37,151 bases of DNA, taken from Candidatus Zhuqueibacterota bacterium (lineage in GTDB: Bacteria > Zhuqueibacterota > Zhuqueibacteria > Thermofontimicrobiales > Thiofontviventaceae). Position 1 is the stretch's first letter; every line of letters begins with the position of its first letter. Positions 26,799 through 34,165 of the stretch are shown here, in pieces. Below the pieces are notes generated by a model. The model had not been told where the DNA came from and ran no database searches. It was given only the letters and a program-made list of their open reading frames with translations. The stretch is taken from positions 1 through 37,151 of the forward strand of contig WJJN01000117.1 in NCBI GenBank assembly GCA_014729735.1. Reading direction: 5' to 3'. Made by a program: the position numbers and the translations under genes.

Positions 26799-28367
26799 AT
26801 GTTCGATCGAATTCCCAAATACATTCTTGTTTATGTTTTATTGTTATTACCCTTTAAATTGAATGCAATTTATGTGGAATGGCCAGGAGAAGATGAGGAT
26901 GCCACAGCGCTTCTTCAGCAGGCAATTGATTCCGGTGAACCTGAAGTAAGATTGGCAAATCATGGTTCACCATGGATAATTGGTCAAATTGAATTGACTC
27001 GAGATGACCAGCGAATTGTTTTCGAGAGTGGTGTTCGGGTTGAGGGTAAATATGGCGCTTTTCCGGAAACAAACGATAAAATGTTTCGCTGCTATAATCA
27101 TAAAAATATCGAGTTAATCGGCGAGGGAGAAACGCCGGTATTGAAAATGCCTAAAAAGTCATTTTGGGAGGGGCAGCATCGTCATCTGACTGCCTGGCGA
27201 AATGTCGAAAATCTGACAATCAGCAATTTGCATTTGCGAGACAGCGGCGGAGATGGAATTTATCTGGGCAGTTCCTCAAATTTACCATGCAAAAATGTTT
27301 TGATTGAAGATGTGATCTGTAATAATAACCGCAGACAGGGATGCAGCATTATTAGTGTTGACAGTTGTATTATTCGGAATTGCGTTTTCAAGAATACGTA
27401 TGGTGAGTCACCCGAAGCGGGAATCGATTGTGAAATGAATTCAAAAGATGAAAGTATAAATGCGTTGTATATTGAAAACTGCGTTTTCGAAAATAACCAT
27501 CAAAGCGGTTTTCTGATATCATTTGGAAGAGCTTCAAACCGAAATCCAAATCGACACATTCGGATTGAATTAAATAATTGCATCATGAAAGGAAATGGAA
27601 GCGCCGGGATTAATATCTGGAAATGCAAGGGAAATTGCTACAATGAATCAGATTATGTGTTATTCAAAAATTGCCATATTGAAGACAATGGCAGTGCTCC
27701 CGGCTACGGACATCCCGGTTTATTTGTAAAAAATAAAAGCTCACAATCACTGCCTGTGACTTTGGATAGCTGTACTTTTGTCGATAATTTCTCGAATCCG
27801 ATTAAGGTATATGCGGATGTTGATGGTTACGGACCCGACTGTGGAAATCTTCGTTTTGAAGATTGTCACATTTACGATGATAGAGATCGTGAATTTTTAA
27901 GAGTGCGGAATACCACCAACGATGAAGGTAAAATCAGCAAGATTTTCGGCACGATAACAATACATAATGAAAACCCGAAAGCGTGCGACATCCGCTATGA
28001 TTCACCGGCTGACAGTTTTGATTTAACGATTCATTGCAATCCTACAGGTATCGATAGCAAGGAAATAGTCAGAACCCAAAACCATCCTGCGCGGTTTTAT
28101 TTATACCAAAATTATCCGAATCCATTCAATCCATCAACAAAAATAACTTTTGATGTTTACGAAAACGTACAGGTTAAAATTACGATTCATAATGTTCTCG
28201 GTCAAATCGTCAAAACTCTGATTGACGGAGCTTTACATGTTGATCACTATGAGCTTTATTGGGATGCCACAAATGAATCTGGCGGTAAAGTGAAGAATGG
28301 GCTCTATCTTTGTCAACTGCAGACAGAGGATAAGATTTCTTCAATTAAATTGATTGTCTTGAGATAA
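26799..28367 (+). CDS. right-handed parallel beta-helix (PbH1 repeat) protein with T9SS C-terminal sorting domain
   Basis: The track start 26676 overlaps nagB. The ATG at 26799 follows GGAG by 5 nt and gives signal peptide MFDRIPKYILVYVLLLLPFKLNA. PbH1 repeats are LRDSGGDGIYLGSS, NNNRRQGCSIISVDSCIIRNCVF, ENNHQSGFLIS and KGNGSAGINIW. It ends in a CTD. Confidence 0.78.
   Translation: MFDRIPKYILVYVLLLLPFKLNAIYVEWPGEDEDATALLQQAIDSGEPEVRLANHGSPWIIGQIELTRDDQRIVFESGVRVEGKYGAFPETNDKMFRCYNHKNIELIGEGETPVLKMPKKSFWEGQHRHLTAWRNVENLTISNLHLRDSGGDGIYLGSSSNLPCKNVLIEDVICNNNRRQGCSIISVDSCIIRNCVFKNTYGESPEAGIDCEMNSKDESINALYIENCVFENNHQSGFLISFGRASNRNPNRHIRIELNNCIMKGNGSAGINIWKCKGNCYNESDYVLFKNCHIEDNGSAPGYGHPGLFVKNKSSQSLPVTLDSCTFVDNFSNPIKVYADVDGYGPDCGNLRFEDCHIYDDRDREFLRVRNTTNDEGKISKIFGTITIHNENPKACDIRYDSPADSFDLTIHCNPTGIDSKEIVRTQNHPARFYLYQNYPNPFNPSTKITFDVYENVQVKITIHNVLGQIVKTLIDGALHVDHYELYWDATNESGGKVKNGLYLCQLQTEDKISSIKLIVLR
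28092..28364 (+). other. T9SS type-A C-terminal sorting domain, copy 3
   Basis: RFYLYQNYPNPFNPSTKITFDVYENVQVKITIHNVLGQIVKTLIDG...VKNGLYLCQLQTEDKISSIKLIVLR. Confidence 0.85.
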
Positions 28368-28405
28368 GAATAAAATTTTCCTTTTCTGTAAATCAGGAAC
28401 ATGTT

Positions 28406-30637
28406 ATGAGAACTTATAAATATTGCAACCCAATTTTCTGTTTGTTAATATTATTAATCCCCTATTCTATTATAGGTATTGAACCTGGCACCGGTCCCCA
28501 ATCCGGTGATATCTACCGGGAGTATTCGATCTTTCCTTCGGATGAGGGTAGCGGCTATTGGCGCGTGACCAATCCAAATGCGATCTCCTCCGGAGCGAAA
28601 CGATTTCTGCCAAATCCTGTAATGCGGTTTGAGATCAGCGACCTGACGCAGGCAATCAAAGCAGAAGCAGTCATCGATTACTGGGGCGGACACACCGGCA
28701 CTATTGATCGCAAATTTTCTATCAATGATAATAAATGGATTGAACTGCCCTATCCTGCCACGATCCAACAGCGTCCTTATAACTATGCATTTCAAATGAA
28801 CGCAATTGTAGATGTGCCGCTGGAACACTTGCTGAAAGGTCGAAATACGATTACCGGCACCTGTTCGCATGTGGATAGTACCAGTTGGGGGCAATGGGGC
28901 TGGTATCGCATTACATTTCGTGTTTATTATGACGAAAGCAAGCCTCATCCATCGGGACAAATTCTCGCGCCTGTATCGGGAGAAACCATCGGAGATATTC
29001 CAAACATCATTGCGGAAGGGAATAGCAATGCTGGTGTCAGTCATATTAATATCATTGGATTTTACGATGGGTATGATGTGGATGGCAACGGCATTTATGC
29101 AGATTGGCATCGAAATTATAACGGGAGAAGACTGGAAGACCATATTGGCTATGATGGACAGGAGCCATTTGCAATCACATGGGATACGAAATGGATACCG
29201 GATCAGGATAACATTCAAATCCGGGCACATATTGCAGATAATAACGGATATGTTTACGTAACAGAGCCTGTCACCAACCTCTCGTTGCAGCGCAATGACA
29301 GAATTGTGAAAATGTATCACGCGACTGGTGTTCATGAGGATTTTGCAGTCAGGATGGGCGAAAAGGCAGCCTGTCAGACTTCCATCCCGGACAGACTGTT
29401 TAATGCGTCCGAAGCGTCGTTGCATCTTCGCACCTGGAACGGGTATAATCATGGCGAAAGAAACTGGGGATATCTCAACGATTGGCGATTTACACCACCC
29501 GGCGAGAATCACTGCTATGATTACGGGATCAAGTCAATTCCGGTAAGTGTGTTGCAGGAGAAAAGTAATAAGATTCTGTTCACTTCTTCCACTCATGAAC
29601 ACGGAGTGGAAATTCTATGGCCAGGTCCGAGTATTGCTGTCAGCTATTCCCTTGAATTGGCTGCTTATTGGGAGGCTTCCGCGTATTCCGGTGCAGCACC
29701 GATGAAAATTTACTTCAACGGTCAGAAGTCTGTAGTGCCCCGGAATCAGGAAATTACAGACTATTCCTGGAATTTCAGAGACGGTACAATTGCAAACGGC
29801 GATACAGTCAGTCATGTTTTTGAAAATCCCGGCTTATATGCTGTCGAATTAACAATAACCGATAATAACGGTGAGACCGCCACGCATACCGAAGAAATTT
29901 ATATTCACGATGCACAATTCGCCATTGACTGCAAGTCGGTTGCAGCAAGCTATGACAAATCTCCGTATGATAAATGCAAATCCATTGACGGAAATTTTGA
30001 TACATTCTGGATGAGCGTGGGCGACGGTCAATGGATTCAGTATGATTTGCGAGCACTCAAAACGCTGCAAGCCTGTTATCTGGCATTTTCTTCAGGCGAC
30101 AAAACGACGTACCGGTTTAGCATCGAGACATCGGTTGATAGCGTTTCCTGGAATGCGACCAGTAATTCTCCCTTTACCAGCAGCGGATATTCAACAGAAT
30201 ATGAGCTCTTCAACTTTGACGATGTCACAGCACAATGGATTCGGATTGTATTTCACGGCTCATCCTTTACTGCGAATTCCGTATCTGAATTTGCTGCCTA
30301 TGGGAGTGATTCCGTATCAACTGATGTGGAGATTGGTACTATGGATCAAGCTATGCCCGAAGAATTCATCCTACATCAGAATTATCCAAATCCGTTCAAT
30401 CCGGCGACGAAAATCTGCTACAGCATTCCGAAACAGGCGAATATTAAGCTCACCGTGCATAATATTCTGGGACAGCACATCAAAACGCTCGCAGATGATA
30501 ATTTTCCTGCTGGCAAATATACAGTTGAATGGAATGGCACAGATACGTATGGACAGACGGTGGGAAACGGTATATACTTTTACAAAATACAAACAGATGA
30601 ATTTTCCGAGGTACGAAAAATGGTGGTTCTGAGATAG
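28406..30637 (+). CDS. multidomain secreted protein: unknown ~380-aa module + PKD + F5/8 type C (discoidin) + T9SS CTD
   Basis: Signal peptide, then an unknown module (aa ~35-415, nt 28508-29650) paralogous to the 32861 product. The PKD domain is at nt 29663-29905 (YSWNFRDGTIANGDTVSHVFENPGLYAVELTITDNNGE). The discoidin domain is at nt 29918-30301 (IDGNFDTFWMSVGDGQWIQYDL...WIRIVFHG). The CTD follows. Confidence 0.82.
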   Translation: MRTYKYCNPIFCLLILLIPYSIIGIEPGTGPQSGDIYREYSIFPSDEGSGYWRVTNPNAISSGAKRFLPNPVMRFEISDLTQAIKAEAVIDYWGGHTGTIDRKFSINDNKWIELPYPATIQQRPYNYAFQMNAIVDVPLEHLLKGRNTITGTCSHVDSTSWGQWGWYRITFRVYYDESKPHPSGQILAPVSGETIGDIPNIIAEGNSNAGVSHINIIGFYDGYDVDGNGIYADWHRNYNGRRLEDHIGYDGQEPFAITWDTKWIPDQDNIQIRAHIADNNGYVYVTEPVTNLSLQRNDRIVKMYHATGVHEDFAVRMGEKAACQTSIPDRLFNASEASLHLRTWNGYNHGERNWGYLNDWRFTPPGENHCYDYGIKSIPVSVLQEKSNKILFTSSTHEHGVEILWPGPSIAVSYSLELAAYWEASAYSGAAPMKIYFNGQKSVVPRNQEITDYSWNFRDGTIANGDTVSHVFENPGLYAVELTITDNNGETATHTEEIYIHDAQFAIDCKSVAASYDKSPYDKCKSIDGNFDTFWMSVGDGQWIQYDLRALKTLQACYLAFSSGDKTTYRFSIETSVDSVSWNATSNSPFTSSGYSTEYELFNFDDVTAQWIRIVFHGSSFTANSVSEFAAYGSDSVSTDVEIGTMDQAMPEEFILHQNYPNPFNPATKICYSIPKQANIKLTVHNILGQHIKTLADDNFPAGKYTVEWNGTDTYGQTVGNGIYFYKIQTDEFSEVRKMVVLR
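30362..30634 (+). other. T9SS type-A C-terminal sorting domain, copy 4
   Basis: EFILHQNYPNPFNPATKICYSIPKQANIKLTVHNILGQHIKTLADD...VGNGIYFYKIQTDEFSEVRKMVVLR. Confidence 0.85.
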
Positions 30638-30676
30638 ACGCCTGAGACTGCAGGTTAAGTATTCGAATTTAAATGT

Positions 30677-30700
30677 GTGCAATTCATAAAGGAATTGCAC
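30677..30700. other. perfect 9-bp inverted repeat / hairpin (GTGCAATTC-N6-GAATTGCAC) without a U-tract
   Basis: Read directly. It starts 40 nt after the stop at 30637 and ends 57 nt before the next start. It is preceded by TTCGAATTTAAAT (30662-30674). Confidence 0.35.
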
Positions 30701-30757
30701 TCCAGGGCTCCTTAATTGAGGAAACATAAATGTGAGAAATCAGCTAAGGGAATTCTC

Positions 30758-32812
30758 ATGAAATATAACAAAATATCTCTTTATTTGATAATTGTATTAC
30801 ATCTGACAATAGCCAGTGCATTTGCTGCGGACTCATTAAAAGTCCTGCCTGAATCGATGAACGGCATCGCACCAGAAGATATGATGAAACGATATTTATG
30901 GAATGAAGCCAAGCGTCATTTCACGAACTGGGAAGGCGAATATGAACGACTTACAAATCCCGAACAGATGCAACGGCATCAGCAGTGGTTACGCGCGCAA
31001 TTTATTGAAAAAATCGGTGGATTGCCTGAACGAACACCGCTGAATGCACAGGTTGTTGGCGTGATTGAGCGCACTGGATATACTGTCGAAAAAATAATTT
31101 TTGAGAGCCAGGCGAATCACTATGTGACTGCACTGTTTTTTCTGCCGGATAGTGAAAAATGGGCGCGACCCTGTCCGGGAGTGATTGTCCCGTGCGGACA
31201 TTCATCAAATGGAAAGGCTTCTAAAACCTACCAGAGTGTTGCGGCCTTGTTGGCACTTCAGGGGATCGCGGCGCTGGTGTATGATCCCATCGATCAGGGT
31301 GAGCGGGGACAACTGCTAAATGAGGACGGGCATATTCGATTTCCGAAGGTGATTGGTCATACGATGGTGGGGATCAATTCCATTCTGCTGGGCAGAAATA
31401 CGGCTCGGTTTCGCATCCGGGATGGGATGCGCGCCATTGATTATTTGCAGTCGCGTCCGGAAGTGAATCGGGACAAGATCGGTTGTACCGGAAATAGCGG
31501 CGGTGGTACCATGACAGCCTATTTCATGGCGCTGGATGACCGTATCAAAGCGGCTGTGCCCAACTGTTATATCACGAATTTTGAACGCTTGTTGCAGACA
31601 ATCGGTCCCCAGGACGCGGAACAAAATATTTTCGGGCAAATCGCATGGGGCATGGATCATGCCGACTATCTGATGATGCGGGCGCCGGTTCCCATTCTGG
31701 TGAGCGCTGCAACCCGTGATTTTTTTGATATTAGTGGGAGCTGGACATCATTTCGTCATGCGAAACGCTATTATGACCGGTTGGACTTTACCGAACGAAT
31801 TTCAATCAATGAGCATGACGGAAGGCATGGATTCCACAAATCCATGCGCGAGGCTGCTGTGCAATGGCTTGTCCGATGGCTGGCGGGCAGGGATGAGAAA
31901 GTTTCCGAGCCGGAAATTGAATTGCTGACTGATGCCGAGTGTCAATGTACCCCCCGTGGACAGGTGATGTTACTTAATAGCGCCAGATCCGTGTACGATT
32001 TGAACCGGGATTACGAACAGAAATTAGCAGTTCATCGAAAGAACATCTGGAAAAACAGTAGTCATGGCGTGTTGATGAAAAAGGTACGTGAAATCGCTGG
32101 TATTCGGGCAGCAGTGTGTCTACCCTGTCCCGACGAAGAATTTCTGGAAATGATAGACAAGGAAGATTATGAAATCAAAAAGCTGATCATCAAGCCGGAA
32201 ATCGGGATTTATTTGCCGGCACTGCTGTTTTCTCCGTATAATAAATCACAGGAAATTGTTTTATATGTCCATGAAAAGGGAAAATCGGCGGATGCCGGTT
32301 CTGGCGGAGCGATTGAGCAACTTGTAAAAAAAGGTAAGATCGTGCTTGCAGTCGATGTACGAGGCAGCGGCGAAACACAACAGGAGCAGCAATTCGGTTT
32401 TGAAAAAGTCATTGGCGGACAGGGTGCACAGGACGTTTTTACCGCTTACTTACTTGGCAAATCTTATGTGGGAATGCGGGCGGAAGATATTTTAAGTTGC
32501 ACCCTCTGGCTGAAAAAGAATTTTGTCGATAGAACTATCTCATTAATTGCCATCGGAAATGTGGGAATTCCGGCATTACACGTAGCCGCAATTGAGCCAG
32601 AGCTGTTTGATTCGATCCATATTTCAAAATGCCTGATTTCCTGGCAGAACGTGATTGAATTCGGCTGGTCGTACAATCAATTGATAAATAACGTACATGG
32701 TGCACTCACTTATTACGATCTGGATAATCTCATTCGATCACTCGGGAATAAAATAACGGTCGAGCAGCCGGTGGATGCTCAAGGGCAGTTAATAAAAATT
32801 ATTGAAGAATGA
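30758..32812 (+). CDS. secreted tandem alpha/beta-hydrolase-fold protein (esterase/peptidase-like; first domain GNSGG nucleophile elbow)
   Basis: The track start 30716 is TTG. The ATG at 30758 gives signal peptide MKYNKISLYLIIVLHLTIASAFA. Domain 1 reads VIVPCGHSSNG...IGCTGNSGGG (Ser codon 31496-31498). Domain 2 repeats the fold with IAIGNVGIP (Val codon 32561-32563). Confidence 0.75.
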   Translation: MKYNKISLYLIIVLHLTIASAFAADSLKVLPESMNGIAPEDMMKRYLWNEAKRHFTNWEGEYERLTNPEQMQRHQQWLRAQFIEKIGGLPERTPLNAQVVGVIERTGYTVEKIIFESQANHYVTALFFLPDSEKWARPCPGVIVPCGHSSNGKASKTYQSVAALLALQGIAALVYDPIDQGERGQLLNEDGHIRFPKVIGHTMVGINSILLGRNTARFRIRDGMRAIDYLQSRPEVNRDKIGCTGNSGGGTMTAYFMALDDRIKAAVPNCYITNFERLLQTIGPQDAEQNIFGQIAWGMDHADYLMMRAPVPILVSAATRDFFDISGSWTSFRHAKRYYDRLDFTERISINEHDGRHGFHKSMREAAVQWLVRWLAGRDEKVSEPEIELLTDAECQCTPRGQVMLLNSARSVYDLNRDYEQKLAVHRKNIWKNSSHGVLMKKVREIAGIRAAVCLPCPDEEFLEMIDKEDYEIKKLIIKPEIGIYLPALLFSPYNKSQEIVLYVHEKGKSADAGSGGAIEQLVKKGKIVLAVDVRGSGETQQEQQFGFEKVIGGQGAQDVFTAYLLGKSYVGMRAEDILSCTLWLKKNFVDRTISLIAIGNVGIPALHVAAIEPELFDSIHISKCLISWQNVIEFGWSYNQLINNVHGALTYYDLDNLIRSLGNKITVEQPVDAQGQLIKIIEE

Positions 32813-32818
32813 ATCGTA

Positions 32819-32845
32819 AATTTAAATCGAAAATAGATAAACCAA
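32819..32845 (+). promoter_or_regulatory. conserved leader motif AATTTAAATCGAAAAT-N4-AAACCAA upstream of the 32861 gene
   Basis: 16/16 identity with 17319-17334 plus the shared AAACCAA. It ends 15 nt before the ATG at 32861. Confidence 0.4.
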
Positions 32846-32860
32846 ATCAAAAGAGCTGTC

Positions 32861-34123
32861 ATGAAAAGATTAGTCACAATAATAAGTTTTCTTTTACTGA
32901 TCATTAACACCGGGAATTGCCAAACCAGATTTTTCAAAGAATACCCGGCGGATTTCTCCAAAGAAATAAATAATATCACCAACGGACGTCTGCGGGTAAA
33001 TGATACCAATGCGAGCCTGAATCTCGATTACGGAAATCGTGGCGAAGTGCGGTCAAATGGACTGATGTTGATTTCCGTGCCTGAAAATTTGTTTTCTCTG
33101 GAAAAGGCGGAGTTGTACCTTGAATTATGGGGCGGACATCCGGGGACTAAAAACAAGCATTTTTCGCTGAATGGGAAACAGATTTATTCGCTACAGGAAG
33201 TCGGCGCGGCTGCCGGACATTGCGTTTATTCAAATCCTGTTATTCCTGTTAAAATACAACATCTTGTGAACGCCGCAAATGCGTTATTATTCTCATGTGA
33301 AAATCCAAAAGGCTGGGGGCATTATATTATCGAACATGCAACAATCCGATGCTACCTCGCGCCGGATCATCCGGTGCTGACAAAGAACGGTCTCCATCAT
33401 TTTTCAGCAGAAATTAAACTGGCGTCATCGAATTGCATTTTGGGTGATGAGGTTGGCATGCAACTGACATATCCCAAATCTCATGAATCCAGTATTGATT
33501 CAGTGGTCTATTTCGGACGATATCTGGATTTTGATGAAAATGGTGACGGCATTGAAAATGACTGGCATGGATTTTCGATAAATGGCACATTCGAAAACCA
33601 TCTTGGAACCGTAAGCGAACCTCCGTTTCAAATCGTCTGGAATACGAGCATGATTCCGGATCAGGGAAAACCACTGGCAATTAAAGCACTCGTTTGCTTG
33701 AAAAATGGCGTGCGCTATTGGACGCCGGTTCGGGATGGTTTGTATTTGTCAAAGAACAGAAAGCCGGTCACGTTAATACCTTGTACTTCGATGCCGGTTC
33801 CATTCTGGGCTCGAGCTTCCAGAGAGATGAAAGCGACAATGATTTTGCCGGATAATATCGACAAAATCGAACAAGCAATGCTGTTGATTAAAACATGGTA
33901 CACCCAAATTGAGCACAGTGTGTATCATTTTTCAATCAATAATCATGAGTACACAATTATCTCTGAGGGATGTGACAAGAAACCGTTATTATCAAAAATC
34001 GATGTAAATCCGGCTCATCTGAAATCAGGGGACAATGAAATAAGCCTTTTTTGTGACACCAGGCATCATGGGATCGAAGTGCTGCTGCCGGGTCCGTGTT
34101 TGTTGATTCGGTATCATGAATAG
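32861..34123 (+). CDS. exported protein of unknown function, stand-alone copy of the module found at the N-terminus of the 28406 product
   Basis: Signal peptide MKRLVTIISFLLLIINTGNC (possible lipoprotein Cys20). Shared blocks are ELWGGHPGTKNKHFSLNGK, ENDWHGF, PPFQIVWNTSMIPDQ and HHGIEVLLPGPCLLIRY. Confidence 0.72.
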   Translation: MKRLVTIISFLLLIINTGNCQTRFFKEYPADFSKEINNITNGRLRVNDTNASLNLDYGNRGEVRSNGLMLISVPENLFSLEKAELYLELWGGHPGTKNKHFSLNGKQIYSLQEVGAAAGHCVYSNPVIPVKIQHLVNAANALLFSCENPKGWGHYIIEHATIRCYLAPDHPVLTKNGLHHFSAEIKLASSNCILGDEVGMQLTYPKSHESSIDSVVYFGRYLDFDENGDGIENDWHGFSINGTFENHLGTVSEPPFQIVWNTSMIPDQGKPLAIKALVCLKNGVRYWTPVRDGLYLSKNRKPVTLIPCTSMPVPFWARASREMKATMILPDNIDKIEQAMLLIKTWYTQIEHSVYHFSINNHEYTIISEGCDKKPLLSKIDVNPAHLKSGDNEISLFCDTRHHGIEVLLPGPCLLIRYHE

Positions 34124-34165
34124 CACGTTGATGTAAAGTAATCAAGAATATAAGGAACACCTGAC

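Noticed and set aside
28454-29512. 352-aa ORF on the minus strand, the longest antisense ORF in the window.
   Set aside because: It is exactly codon-aligned with the sense gene (28406..30637). It therefore only reflects the absence of TTA/CTA/TCA codons in a Leu-poor stretch. Its product is Ile/Cys/Arg-rich with no recognisable motif. The sense frame has a paralogue (the 32861 product) plus downstream PKD, discoidin and CTD domains. I treat it as a shadow ORF.
30042-30632. 196-aa + strand ORF overlapping the 3' part of the 28406 gene in another frame.
   Set aside because: The overlapped frame encodes recognisable discoidin and T9SS CTD sequence. The alternative product is Arg/Ile-rich with no motif.
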